Positions 38,055 to 49,200 are shown, numbered from the stretch's first letter. The stretch: DNA of 64,000 nt from an uncultured virus (IMG/VR IMGVR_UViG_3300020438_003889) (IMGVR_UViG_3300020438_003889), one strand, 5' to 3'. The notes: a model not told the origin generated them from the letters alone. Numbers and translations are program-made.

Positions 38055-39644
38055 TTAGACTTTTAACACACATTCAACGAGTTTTACTTCATTATCTGCG
38101 TTGTTTTCTAATGCTATTCCTACCAAATTAGCACCATCATCTGCTAATTTTGACGCTGTTCCATCTATGCTAGACACGTATACTAAATCACCTTTGTTAA
38201 TTTTGCCTGCTATTAGAACTGGTACTCGTCCTTTTAATGCAACTGCTTGACCTTCACCTGCTGAATTCATCAAGTATGCTGGTTTATCGGATATAACTCC
38301 AATGGGCATACTGCCTGGAGTGGTTGCTGTTGCTTCATGTTCGCCTCCTACACATATTACAGTACCCACTGGGTATTCTTTATCTGTTGTGTAATTTTCT
38401 GCCAAGTCAGCATATTCTGACGTTGTTGCTTTTCCATGAAATACGTTTGCTCTGATGTCTACTAATGTTTTATCATTTAAATTGTTTCCTGATCTAAATG
38501 CAGACCAGGCTCCGCCGGCATTACCGTACGTTGTTGTTCCATCATCAGCAAATGTTTCATCAAACACCCAAAATACATCTTGTATTGTTGGTGATGAAGG
38601 TCCTGCGCCGGCACTACCTGCACCTCTGTTTACTTGCACTCCTGCATAGTTAACTAATCCCGAAGGTAATAGTCCAGATGATGTAGAGTTTAATACCATT
38701 AAGTTGTCTTCAACAATCAAAGTCGATACTGCTGTTGATACACTGTTCGCTGATGTTAATGTTCCTGTTACTGTCAAGTCACCTGTGATGGTTGTGTTAT
38801 CTTCTATCTCAATATCACCGCTAACTGTTTGATTTTTTATTTTAACTCTTGTACCAACGACATATATTTTTAAATCACTGTCTAGTCCAACTGTTAGTCC
38901 GCTGTCATTTATAATTCCTAGACTACCTGAAGTAGTATCGTTGTCATTTGATCTTAAAAATTCTGAAGCGGCAATAGTTGTACCACCGTCATTCAATGCA
39001 TCTGCCTGTGCGGCAATTCCTTGAAATTTATTTCCTGATATTGCTGTGGATAAAGTGATACCTTTTTTAACTGTGGCAAATCCTGCCGTGATTAATGCGG
39101 CTCCTTCTGAACCTGCTGTGTTTTTTGGAGTAAATTCTTCTGATGATGCAACATAAACAATAGTGTCTCCTATTGTTCCTTTTAAAACATTCTTGTTTGT
39201 ACCTAATGTTGATTCAATAACTGCTGGTACCATTGCTGTTACACCTGAACCTGCAATAGATGTTGGTCCAATTAGTATCCATGATGTTCCACTGTAAACA
39301 TAAAGTTGAGAATTTGTAGTGTCAAACCACATATCTCCTTGTACAGCACTTGTTGGTTGTGCTACCGTAGTAGTTGATCCACCAACTGGTTTCCATTTTG
39401 ATCCTGTATAAACTTGTAATTGGTTTGTCGTTGCGTCGTACCACAACTGACCTTTAATTTTTTGGTCTGGAGCAGTAGTGTTTGCAAAATTTTCTAGTAA
39501 CTTGATAAAGTTTTCGTTTAGTCTTTCACCAAACCCTGCATATCCTTTTCCAAACAAAGATACATCAGTTGTTGATGTGTCAATTGTTCCATCTTTTAAT
39601 GTTACTAATGTTGATCCTGTTGTGTTGTTAATTGTATACGACAT
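38055..39644 (-). CDS. tail fibre/spike protein with C-terminal intramolecular-chaperone (peptidase G2-like) domain
   Basis: Shared N-terminus 'GKGYAGFGE.LNENF..LLENF...GQLWYD'; C-terminal 'YADLAENY...GVIS..PAYLMN...VALKGRVP'. Confidence 0.75.
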   Translation of the reverse strand: MSYTINNTTGSTLVTLKDGTIDTSTTDVSLFGKGYAGFGERLNENFIKLLENFANTTAPDQKIKGQLWYDATTNQLQVYTGSKWKPVGGSTTTVAQPTSAVQGDMWFDTTNSQLYVYSGTSWILIGPTSIAGSGVTAMVPAVIESTLGTNKNVLKGTIGDTIVYVASSEEFTPKNTAGSEGAALITAGFATVKKGITLSTAISGNKFQGIAAQADALNDGGTTIAASEFLRSNDNDTTSGSLGIINDSGLTVGLDSDLKIYVVGTRVKIKNQTVSGDIEIEDNTTITGDLTVTGTLTSANSVSTAVSTLIVEDNLMVLNSTSSGLLPSGLVNYAGVQVNRGAGSAGAGPSSPTIQDVFWVFDETFADDGTTTYGNAGGAWSAFRSGNNLNDKTLVDIRANVFHGKATTSEYADLAENYTTDKEYPVGTVICVGGEHEATATTPGSMPIGVISDKPAYLMNSAGEGQAVALKGRVPVLIAGKINKGDLVYVSSIDGTASKLADDGANLVGIALENNADNEVKLVECVLKV

Positions 39645-39653
39645 ATGTTTTTA

Positions 39654-39839
39654 TTAACTTTCGTTTGACTCGTTATCTCTTGCCGATACCAACCAACTAA
39701 CATCACCAACTAACTTAATCAATTGTTTTGCCATTTCTGGATCCATTCTTTGTTGAATGTATGACCATTCAGCATCTGTCCAGATAGTTGTGGTATCAAT
39801 TGAATTAATATAATCAGTAACTTCGTCTTTTGTTGCCAT
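39654..39839 (-). CDS. small hypothetical protein
   Basis: 61 aa, AGGAG SD, preceded by an AATAAATA late-type motif. Confidence 0.7.
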   Translation of the reverse strand: MATKDEVTDYINSIDTTTIWTDAEWSYIQQRMDPEMAKQLIKLVGDVSWLVSARDNESNES

Positions 39840-39862
39840 TTAAATGTTTCTCCTGCTAGTAT

Positions 39863-40333
39863 TTATTCGTTATTTGTTTGCTTCTCGTACTGTTCATCAT
39901 CTGATATCCACTCTAAATCTTTAGAGTAAGATCCATCAAAATCCCTCAAAAATGTCTTAACGTTGCTTTCAGTGAGATGCATACGATGATATTTAACATA
40001 TCTTTTGTGTAACGATTCTTCTTTAGTAGCAGTATACACTAAACGCATACCTTTTGCTTTTGCTAACGCCATTATCTCGTCAATACACAATGTTAATGCT
40101 TTGTGCAATACTCTTGGATTTTCTTCTTTATCAGCAACAATCCACTCCATGAAAGCAAATTGTGTGCCTACACCAATATACAGTCCACCAGCACACACTG
40201 GTTTTCCTTCAACTTCTACAACTATTCCGTCAGGTGGTAAACATTCTTTGGGTACCACGCCAAAATCCCATTGATTCCACCACTTTACCAAAACGTCGTA
40301 GTCCTGGTCTAAATTCCAAACTCTATGCTTCAT
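39863..40333 (-). CDS. hypothetical protein, possibly GNAT-like fold
   Basis: 156 aa; beta-alpha pattern 'GKPVCAGGLY...EWIVADK...AKAKGMRLVYT' recalls acyltransferase folds. Confidence 0.5.
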   Translation of the reverse strand: MKHRVWNLDQDYDVLVKWWNQWDFGVVPKECLPPDGIVVEVEGKPVCAGGLYIGVGTQFAFMEWIVADKEENPRVLHKALTLCIDEIMALAKAKGMRLVYTATKEESLHKRYVKYHRMHLTESNVKTFLRDFDGSYSKDLEWISDDEQYEKQTNNE

Positions 40334-40345
40334 GTGTTAATTGTA

Positions 40346-42547
40346 TTACTTTTTGTTCGCGGTGTCAACGACTGTCTTGTCTGCTTCGTATTCGTGTTCT
40401 CTATACTGTTCAAAATATTGTTCGCCTAACTTTTTAAGTCCTTCTTGCTCAAATCCATCGAAGTAATCTGTGAATAATGTGTCGTTGATTAATATTCTTC
40501 TGTTCTCACAGCCAAATACGTACACAACATGATCACCTGCTCCTAAAGATTTACCAAATTTACTGTCTTCAACTCTAACCCATCCGTCTTCTTTGACCAT
40601 GTGTGATCCTGACACTTGTATTCCTTTGTAATCATATAAATTGTTTACTAAAAACTTTCCTGTAGCAAATACATAACCACCAACTGCTACTTCATCTTTT
40701 AAATCTATTTGTTCAACTGCCTTTGTTGAACCATCTGCCATTGTTATTTGTGTTCCTGCTATGAAACAACCTTTGTTGTGTACAACATAGTTGTCAGCAA
40801 TATATGATTTGTCATTTGAAATATGGAAATTGTATAAAGGCATTTCAGGATTGTTTATTTCTTTTGATTTAATATCTGTAATCTCAATTGATCCATTGCT
40901 AGTCACAAGTTTATCACCAACTTTTAACTCACCTTTTAGTTCTTTATAAAGTTCATCGCCATCACGTTCTTTTGTTTTCTCTGGTTTGACTGATTTCCAA
41001 CCTTCTTCGGTCATGAACGGGTGTTCTGATGTAAAGAAATAATGTTCACTGTCATTGAATGTGTACAATTTTCTATCTCCCAGAGTTACCCAATCTAATT
41101 TAATAACTGTGTTATCTCCGTTGTGTCCTTTTACTACATCACCAACTACAACATCCTCAATATTCTTTTCTGTGCCATCTGCCATGAGAACTTTAGTACC
41201 TGCGATGAAACAACTGCCTGAAGAAGTGCTCTCAGCACTATTAGTGTGTTGTCTAGAATAAAATCCATAATTTTGATTTGGGTGATTGGAATAAATTGAA
41301 AGTGATCCAAAACCATCATTAGCATTGGCATAACATCTGTCGTCTTTAACAAATGCGGCGCCGCCGTCGTTGTCATTTCCTCTATCACTGTTAGGTGCAG
41401 TTGCAGGAATATTTTGCACTGTAGGTATTCCGCCTGTTCCTACTGATCCTGAAGTTGGTCCACCTGATGGATTTCCAAATCCTTCTGAATACAATTTAAA
41501 GTTAATGTCTGAACTGAAAATAGTTTTCCATACACCGCCTACTTTGTAATACCCGCCGATGATTCTGTACCAACCGTTGCTGAGTTCTCCGCCAGTTGGG
41601 GCAACGTCTTCTCTGTTTTGATACATTTTTGTAACATTTTTCCATTGTCCACTAACTTTGGTTTTTGCATCTGATGGAATGTTAAAGACTACAACTGCTT
41701 TTCCGTCTTTTCCACTTTTGCCTTTTGACGCTCCATAGGCTCTGCTGTTTGTGTAAAGTTGTACTCCGTTGAAGTCTCCGTACTCTGCACCTGTTAGTGA
41801 TAAATTTGTTTGTCCCGGTATTGTACCTGAACCATTTGATTCTGATGCCGCCGCGGCATTTCCTGTGCCTGATGCTACACTTGGTATAACATTTGATCCA
41901 GAAAATCCTGGATGTCCACCTGCATCACCTGTTGCTCCAGAACCACCTTTTCCTCCAGCGGCTCCTCCGCCTCCAGCACCTCCACCACCGCCGTCTCCGT
42001 TGTGGTTTGCTCCTGCTTCTCCTAAAAATCCTGGAGAATTACTTGTTGCCGAATTTGTATTTGCTCCTACACCGCCTCGTGATTGTCTTCCAGATCCACC
42101 TGATCCTCCACCGCCACCTGCGATTGCAATTTTGATTGTGTCTGCCGTTTCACCCGATGCAAACATTGTGACCGTAGTTGCACCACCGCCACCGCCTCCA
42201 GAGCCTGAAGTACCAGTTGTTCCTGATTTTCCTCCTTCGCCTCCTGAGTATCCTGTTAAACCTTTTCCGTTGGCTCCACCAAAAGCACCACTACCTTCAG
42301 TTCCATCGCCACCAGCGCCTCCTACTGCTACTGCAATTTTTTTAACACCAGCATATGCTCTTACGTCAATACCTGTTGCTTGAACATAATGACCTGCGGC
42401 ACCGTCTGCACCTTCTCCTGCAAAGTCTCCACCACCTTTACCGCCAGCACCTCCCCATAGATAAACATCCATAGTGGTTACACCAAATGGCAAATCTGCT
42501 ATTGCTAATTTTCCTGTATATTCGAAAGTTTTGACTATTTTAGTCAC
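40346..42547 (-). CDS. glycine-rich virion protein with two tandem C-terminal Hint domains
   Basis: Residues ~25-290 are Gly-rich (GGAGG/GGGGG repeats); Hint1 CFIAGT...TSEHPF...YNF...VVHN (aa 446-591); Hint2 CFIAGT...SGSH...FTDY from aa 594. Confidence 0.85.
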   Translation of the reverse strand: MTKIVKTFEYTGKLAIADLPFGVTTMDVYLWGGAGGKGGGDFAGEGADGAAGHYVQATGIDVRAYAGVKKIAVAVGGAGGDGTEGSGAFGGANGKGLTGYSGGEGGKSGTTGTSGSGGGGGGATTVTMFASGETADTIKIAIAGGGGGSGGSGRQSRGGVGANTNSATSNSPGFLGEAGANHNGDGGGGGAGGGGAAGGKGGSGATGDAGGHPGFSGSNVIPSVASGTGNAAAASESNGSGTIPGQTNLSLTGAEYGDFNGVQLYTNSRAYGASKGKSGKDGKAVVVFNIPSDAKTKVSGQWKNVTKMYQNREDVAPTGGELSNGWYRIIGGYYKVGGVWKTIFSSDINFKLYSEGFGNPSGGPTSGSVGTGGIPTVQNIPATAPNSDRGNDNDGGAAFVKDDRCYANANDGFGSLSIYSNHPNQNYGFYSRQHTNSAESTSSGSCFIAGTKVLMADGTEKNIEDVVVGDVVKGHNGDNTVIKLDWVTLGDRKLYTFNDSEHYFFTSEHPFMTEEGWKSVKPEKTKERDGDELYKELKGELKVGDKLVTSNGSIEITDIKSKEINNPEMPLYNFHISNDKSYIADNYVVHNKGCFIAGTQITMADGSTKAVEQIDLKDEVAVGGYVFATGKFLVNNLYDYKGIQVSGSHMVKEDGWVRVEDSKFGKSLGAGDHVVYVFGCENRRILINDTLFTDYFDGFEQEGLKKLGEQYFEQYREHEYEADKTVVDTANKK

Positions 42548-42550
42548 GGA

Positions 42551-43969
42551 TTATACCTCTCTTACGAACCAGATATCTCCGTTATTACCGTCACTTGCCT
42601 GCGGAGCAATCGTACTAACATATTTCTCTGATCCTCCCCAGAACTCACCAAATCTTGCAACTTGTCCAATAGTAGGAACTGCCGTGCTATTAGTGTCTGT
42701 GGTTGTTATTGCGGCACCACTGCTGTCCCATGAACCTAAAGTGGCTGAAGTAACTTTTATGTTACCTGCTCCGGTTGTTTTTAAAACTTTTTGTCTGTTA
42801 GCATGACCATCTGCTGTTGAGTCTGCATCTCTTATGATCTGTGAATATGAATTATTTTCTCCTGCTACCCAGTTATTTGCTGATACATCATAAAATAATC
42901 TTGCATCGTTTGTATCAGATGTCTCAACAATAAGTCCTGCGTCTGCTTCTGAGTTTCCTGAATTTACTTTAATAAAAGCATCATCATACGTTGACACATT
43001 AGATGATGAAGAATTGTATTCCCCTGAGATGTTTAAGTTACCTGTGATAGTAACATCACCTGTTAGTGCTATTGCTCCTGAGGCTCCTGTGAATGCTAAT
43101 GGAGTTTTTGTTGAACCACCATCATTGATTGTGAAAGATACATTTTTATCTTGACCTACGTTTGCAATCGTAACATTACCTGATGATCTTGTAATTTTAA
43201 ATGCATCATTACTTGCATTTGCTCCAACAACTAAACCACCGTCATTGTTAATTTGAATTGCACCTGCTGTTGTATCAGATGCATCTGATCTTAAAAAGTT
43301 TCCACCTGCAATAACTGTACCTGATGTGTTTGTTGTACCTGATACATCAAGTGCTGATGCTTGTGAAGTATTTCCTGTTAATTGAGCACCTAATGTTGAA
43401 TTTAATGTAATACCTGCATTGATCTGTGCAAAACCATTTGATGTTTCTGTGTTATTGCTTGGTGTAAAAGAATTTTTTGAAAGTATTGCAACTCTTACGT
43501 TGTTTGCATACATTGATGAAACTGTGTGTGAACCACCTGTGTATTGAATGTTTTCTATTTTCCAACCTGATAAAAGTTGTGAGTCTGAATATACAGGACC
43601 TACAAGTTTCCATGCTGAACCTGTGTAAGCATAAACCTGATTGTCATCTGTGTCTAACCATAAGTCGCCTGCCGCTCCTGTTGGTTCTGTTGATTGTGCT
43701 CTTGCGCCACCTGTTGGTTTAAATGACGAACCATCATAAACTTTCAAAGATGCTGATGCTGAATCATACCAAAGTTCACCTTTTAAAGGTGCAGTTGGAG
43801 CCGCGGATGAAGATGAATTTTCTAATAATTTTACAAGGTTTTCGTTTAGTGCTTCTCCAAACCCTGAATAACTTTTTCCAAAAAGTGTTAAACTCGTTGA
43901 ATTATTAACTGTACCATCTGTAATGGTAGCAACTACTGTTCCGTCTGTTTTGTTAATTGTATAAGCCAT
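42551..43969 (-). CDS. tail fibre/baseplate-associated structural protein
   Basis: Same N-terminal family as 38055 and 43983 (MAYTINKT...GKSYSGFGE.LNEN..LLEN...GELWYD); C-terminal 'GNNGDIWF'. Confidence 0.75.
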   Translation of the reverse strand: MAYTINKTDGTVVATITDGTVNNSTSLTLFGKSYSGFGEALNENLVKLLENSSSSAAPTAPLKGELWYDSASASLKVYDGSSFKPTGGARAQSTEPTGAAGDLWLDTDDNQVYAYTGSAWKLVGPVYSDSQLLSGWKIENIQYTGGSHTVSSMYANNVRVAILSKNSFTPSNNTETSNGFAQINAGITLNSTLGAQLTGNTSQASALDVSGTTNTSGTVIAGGNFLRSDASDTTAGAIQINNDGGLVVGANASNDAFKITRSSGNVTIANVGQDKNVSFTINDGGSTKTPLAFTGASGAIALTGDVTITGNLNISGEYNSSSSNVSTYDDAFIKVNSGNSEADAGLIVETSDTNDARLFYDVSANNWVAGENNSYSQIIRDADSTADGHANRQKVLKTTGAGNIKVTSATLGSWDSSGAAITTTDTNSTAVPTIGQVARFGEFWGGSEKYVSTIAPQASDGNNGDIWFVREV

Positions 43970-43979
43970 ATATTACCAG

Positions 43980-43987
43980 TATTTATA
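43980..43987 (-). promoter_or_regulatory. T4-type late promoter (TATAAATA)
   Basis: Exact TATAAATA on the - strand, overlapping the TAA of the upstream gene, 10 nt before the ATG at 43969. Confidence 0.65.
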
Positions 43988-45503
43988 ACCTTCCAACACT
44001 TATTAAAATGACACTTTCTTCTGCTGTGTCTTTGTTTTCCATTGCTTTTCCTACTATAGAACCCAATACAGGACTTAATGCCTTTTGAGCATGACCTGGC
44101 TGTGTTCCACAAGTAGTTAAAAGATCGCCTTTTGATACCATTCCATGAACTTTGCATTTAACTTTTCCTACAAGTGCAACTGGCAAACCGTCGCTGTCGC
44201 TGTTCATTAAGTAAGCAGGATTTTCACTTATAACACCTGCTACTCTTGTATCGTTTGATATTGTTGATTGTGTAACTTCTTTGTCTCCGCCAAATATTAC
44301 AACTGTACCTACTTCGTAGTTTGCATCTGTTTCGTAATTTTCAGCCAAGTCGGCGTATTGAGCATTTGTTGCCGTTGTGTTTAAAATATTTGTTGAAGGA
44401 TTGTAAGACAAATTTACATCTGTTGCTAATCCTAAATTTCCTGTTGCGGCACTTACAAATGGAATGAATCTTGACGCATTTGTAGTATTGTCTGCTGTTA
44501 TTGTTGATGTTGTTGATATACTTGCTGTACCTGTAATGTTTCCTGTAACGTTTCCTGTAACTGCTCCTTGGAATGCTGTTGCTTTAACTGTTCCTACAAC
44601 ATCTAATTCTGTTGATGGTACTGTATTTTTAATTCCTATTCTGCCTGTTGATCCATCAATTCTTATCATCTCTGTTGATGTACCCGATACGTTTGCCTTA
44701 ACAATTATATCTTTGTCTTGTGCAGATTGAGTTACTAACACATCACTGTTAGATACTGTAATTTGTAATTCTGATTGGTCTCCGATATAGATACCATCGT
44801 CTGTATCTAATGTTAATCTTCCTGACATTGTGTCAGCCGAGTTAGATGTTAAAAAGTTTGCCGCCGAACTTCCACCCAATGCGTCTGCGTTTGTTGCCGT
44901 TCCGTGAAATTTTAAATTTGCTATTGCTGTTGATAATGTAATACCAGGAAATATTGTTGGGAATCCTGTTATTGAAGTCTTGGGTATGAATGATGTTGTG
45001 CCATCATATACTGTTGCAACTAAACTTGAATTATTTTTAATTTCAGTAACTTTTTGTACAACGTCTCCTGAATCTGTTATAGTTGGAAATGTAAAACCAC
45101 TTGTACTAGAAGAAGACGGTCCTACAAGAACGTGTGAACTGCCGTTGTAAAAATATAATTGATCTGTGTCTGAATCAATCCAAATATCACCCGATGATTG
45201 TGTTCCAGGTGCTGTTGATTGATAAGTTGCTCCACCTAACGGTTGAAACGTTGCTCCTGAATAAACTTTTAGTCTTTGATTTGTTTCATCATACCAAAGT
45301 TGTCCTTTGATGGGTTTTGTTGGTGCTGATGTATTTGAAAAATTTTCTAATAAGTGTAAAAAGTTTTCTGCAATGGTTTCTCCGTAACCAGAATAACCTT
45401 TTCCTACAAACTTAAGATCTGTTTCAGAGTTTAAAACTGAATCTTGTACAATGTATTGAGAAACTGATGCTCCTCCGTTAGTCTTGTTTACAGTATACGC
45501 CAT
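43983..45503 (-). CDS. tail fibre/spike protein with C-terminal intramolecular-chaperone (peptidase G2-like) domain
   Basis: Shared N-terminal motif; 'GRIGI....PSTELDVVG' fibre repeat; C-terminal 'YADLAENY...GVISENPAYLMN...VALVGKV'. Confidence 0.75.
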   Translation of the reverse strand: MAYTVNKTNGGASVSQYIVQDSVLNSETDLKFVGKGYSGYGETIAENFLHLLENFSNTSAPTKPIKGQLWYDETNQRLKVYSGATFQPLGGATYQSTAPGTQSSGDIWIDSDTDQLYFYNGSSHVLVGPSSSSTSGFTFPTITDSGDVVQKVTEIKNNSSLVATVYDGTTSFIPKTSITGFPTIFPGITLSTAIANLKFHGTATNADALGGSSAANFLTSNSADTMSGRLTLDTDDGIYIGDQSELQITVSNSDVLVTQSAQDKDIIVKANVSGTSTEMIRIDGSTGRIGIKNTVPSTELDVVGTVKATAFQGAVTGNVTGNITGTASISTTSTITADNTTNASRFIPFVSAATGNLGLATDVNLSYNPSTNILNTTATNAQYADLAENYETDANYEVGTVVIFGGDKEVTQSTISNDTRVAGVISENPAYLMNSDSDGLPVALVGKVKCKVHGMVSKGDLLTTCGTQPGHAQKALSPVLGSIVGKAMENKDTAEESVILISVGRL

Positions 45504-45506
45504 TTA

Positions 45507-46235
45507 TTAATATCCTGTGTTACCACCTGATGTAGTTCCACTTACTATATTACTTGTAGATGCTTGAGTTGAACTAGTTTCAGTGAAAGTTGTTAAACTT
45601 TGAATTCTTAATGTATAATCTATTTGTATTAATCTGTTTAATGATTTTTGTACTGGGTGAAAGATAACGTGTGTTAACAATTTATTTGTTGTTCCGTTTT
45701 CTGTTCCTTCCCATGAAACTAATCCTAATTCATCAAATACATAGTCGCCATTAAAGTTTGTTGTATTATCAAATGCCGCTTGTCCTGTTGGCTCTCCGTA
45801 ATCTAGTGTGCAAGTAACAACAATGTCAGTGTATTTGTTTCCTGCTGTGTGTCGCACTTCCATTTTGTTTCTTGTTGTATCTTTGTTTGTAGCAGAGTTA
45901 TCATCAATTACTTTATAATAAGTTTTTGAATATAACTTTGAATTAGTTCCTGTAGAGTTTGGAGTTAGGTAAGTTATTACACCTGTTGGATCGACAGTTG
46001 TTCCACCGTTTCCAAACGCCATTTCATGTATGAATCCTGTTGATTTATTTGCTAATGAATTAGCCAAAGCCTGTGACATATTTTCATAGTGAATAGCATT
46101 TCTTTTATCCACCATTACTTCACCGGTCTCTGGATCAAATATTTTGATATGACCAGACATCATAACGCCGTTCTCATCATCAGGCGTTTTTTCGTCTTTT
46201 TCTTTGTTATTTTCTTTTTTGGGTTCCTGTATCAT
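45507..46235 (-). CDS. conserved virion/baseplate structural protein
   Basis: 242 aa in the structural operon; 'GHIKI.DP...KRNAIHYENMS...FDELGL...THVIFHPVQKS'. Confidence 0.65.
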   Translation of the reverse strand: MIQEPKKENNKEKDEKTPDDENGVMMSGHIKIFDPETGEVMVDKRNAIHYENMSQALANSLANKSTGFIHEMAFGNGGTTVDPTGVITYLTPNSTGTNSKLYSKTYYKVIDDNSATNKDTTRNKMEVRHTAGNKYTDIVVTCTLDYGEPTGQAAFDNTTNFNGDYVFDELGLVSWEGTENGTTNKLLTHVIFHPVQKSLNRLIQIDYTLRIQSLTTFTETSSTQASTSNIVSGTTSGGNTGY

Positions 46236-46244
46236 CTATTGTAT

Positions 46245-49200
46245 TTATTCTGGTGTGTTTGTTGGCTCTTCCGCTATGAATCTAGCCGCAGTTGTCGTAG
46301 ACTGGTTTAATCCTTTACCATTTGCCGCTGTTGATGAGCCTTTCGTATACCATACTTGACCTTTCTTCATTAGTATTCTAATTTGTACGTTTGCCGCTAC
46401 TGGATTTGTTAATACTACGTTACTTCCACTAACAGTATAATTTACAGTACTACCGTCCTCGCTTGTCAACAACAATCGTTGGCCACCAATGAATATGTCT
46501 AATTGACGAGCGTCGGACGGAGTAATTGTAGTGGCAAATGACACAGTTGACCCATCACTAACATAAGTGTTGGTGTATATTGTATCACTATAAGGCACGG
46601 TACTTTTACCGCTGGCATCTACCACTTTTGTTCCGCCAATATGAGCCTTAATTCCTGTTCCAAGTGTTCCTCTTCTTATTTGAGATAACACATTACCTGA
46701 CTTTTGGAAAAATTCTATTCTTTCTTTATCTATAAAAATAACACCTGGCAATAATGTTGTACCATCTGCATCACCTAACACAGATGCATCTACAACTGTA
46801 ATTGTTTTGTCTGCATCTGTTAAGTCTTGTGCCAGTGTTGTTGTTCCAGATTTTGCAATTCTTTTGTAGAATTGTCTGTTTAACATATCTTTAAACAATC
46901 TAAATCCTGTTTGTTTAGTCGATGATGGTACTGTAAAGTATAACACATCTATTCTATCTGCTGATGTAATTGTTTTGCCTGAAATTTTTACAACGTTTTC
47001 CGAAACTGTGTAATCAAACCCTTGTTGCAATGGTTGATTGTTGAACCAAACATAAACAAAATTTGAATTCAATGGAGTATTGTACAATCTATGTTCACCT
47101 GATGCTCTGCCTTCTAACACTTCACGTCTTGATTTCATTCCAAGAGCATTATTAAATGTTGTGGCACTAATTGTATCATTGTTGTTCAATGTTATACCAT
47201 CAGTTGATAGTTGTGATGTTTTGAGTATAATGTCTGTTCCAACATATGTATAGTGTGTATCTACATTTGTTGTGATTGCAATAACATCTGTTCCTGCAGG
47301 AGGTGTAATAAAGTTAACTTGCTGATTACCAAAGTCGATTGTGTAATCTGTGTTTAGATCTTGCTCTGTTCCATTTACAAAAACTTCAACCTGACTTGCA
47401 AGTGTAATTGTTTTTGCCGGATCAATTGTTGAATCATCTGACAATCCAGATACAACTCCGTAAGCATATGTCGAACCATCACCTATGTAATAACTGTTGT
47501 CTGGACCTCTCAATACTTTTCCGTTGTGTTCTAAAATTGTTAATCCTGCGTATGGACCATAAGATCCAACTGGATATGTTAAAGTGTATCTGTTAGTTCC
47601 AGAAGAGTATGTAATTGTGTCTTGTCTGATTTCTGCATATGCTCTTCCTTGACCAACTGTTTGATTGAATCCTGCTATTTGAATTGATTTTCCAGATGCT
47701 GGTGCGGAATTAAACGTAAGTGTAAGTGCGTTTGCTGTTGAACTTGTTGTATATGCTGATGTAGGTATTCCATCAACTGTAACATAAAGTTGCGATAATG
47801 AACTATCTGGAGCAAAGTTTTCTCTTGTTCCTGTTTTAAAAACTTTTGTTGATCCATCTCCAACAAAATCATTTAGTACCATGTACTGTGATCCTGATAT
47901 AGCAAAACTTTTAATTGTTAACCTTTGTCCTGACGTTGGTGCTGATCCAAATGTTATAGTTTCTGCTTGAGTATCAACTGTGTAATCTGTTAATCTTTTT
48001 GCTACATTGTTTACTATAACTGATACTGCCGCCTGCGTTCCAGGTTTTTGACCAATATCAAAAGTCGTTTCCGTTCCGTCACATATGTAATTTTTTTCTA
48101 CAATAAACGGTACTCCAGAGTCTGGTGCTGAATAAACTTGTATGTCTAACGTATCAAATATTTGTCCAGGAATAGATTCTTCAGGTGCGTAACTTGTGTC
48201 TGGAGAAACAAATTCATCACCGTCTGTAATAACTTGATTTGGATCTACCCCTAGTGCTGATCCAAACATTCCTCCTGTAACTAATGAATCTAATGTTCTA
48301 TCATCAGTTGGTGTTTGTACTCCGTCGTCATCGAATGGTATAAATTCAACTTTTACTCCGTTACCCGGTGCTGATCCTAAAGTGAATGATGTTGTAGATG
48401 AATCTCCTCTGTGTACTTCGTTAACCTGTCTTACACCATTTAGATATACTGTGAACACATCAGTTGGATTTGGAGCATCAGTGAATATAAATTGTGCTGT
48501 CGAGCCATCTCCGTAGAATGTTCTAATTCTTGTTTTGCCATAACCATCCCAAGGTTCTTCAAACCATGGTGATTTATCAAATCCTTGTTCTCTGTTGAAA
48601 TCTAAACCAGTAACTTGTACTCCACCATAATCTATACCTTCCATTAGTTGAGATAATTCTAATCCAGGCATTCCAGAATCTGGTGCGTACATACCTTGTA
48701 TTCTTTCAGCGGCAGTAATATAATTTTCGTTACCACGTAGTTTTGTTAAATTAGTATCTGTGAATGTTGTTCCTGTTGTAATTCTTTGTGTTGCTCTGTA
48801 CAATTCGTTATCGTATCTTATTAATGTTCCATACTCATATGTTGTACTTGCTGTCCATGTTTTAACATCTGCAGATGATTTAATTCTATCAAATCTAATT
48901 GTTGTATCAAAATCTCTAACTAGATCGTTTCCTAGTACTGCTGATAATTTTGCAGTATCCGTTGGATTTGATCCATCTTCGTTTCCGCCTGTTACAATAA
49001 CTTCAGGTGTAGTTGTATATCCCCAACCTTGTGTATGTAAATTAACTTTTGTAATTTTACCTTGTGAAATTACTGCTGTTGCTGTTGCGTGAGTTTTAGT
49101 TCCAGGTGAAAATATTTTGTACGTACCTGGGTCTATTGCTTCTGCATGATTCATACTGCTGTTAGGCATATAAAAAGTTCTTGTTGGGTACTCATCAAAT

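Noticed and set aside
40775..41212. Hint1 as a canonical splicing intein or mobile homing element
   Set aside because: The +1 residue after His-Asn is Lys, not Cys/Ser/Thr, and at 146 aa there is no endonuclease domain; treated as an intein-like autoprocessing domain
41769..42383. 204 aa Pro-rich ORF on the + strand
   Set aside because: Antisense shadow of the GGN codons of the Gly-rich gene; no independent start signals
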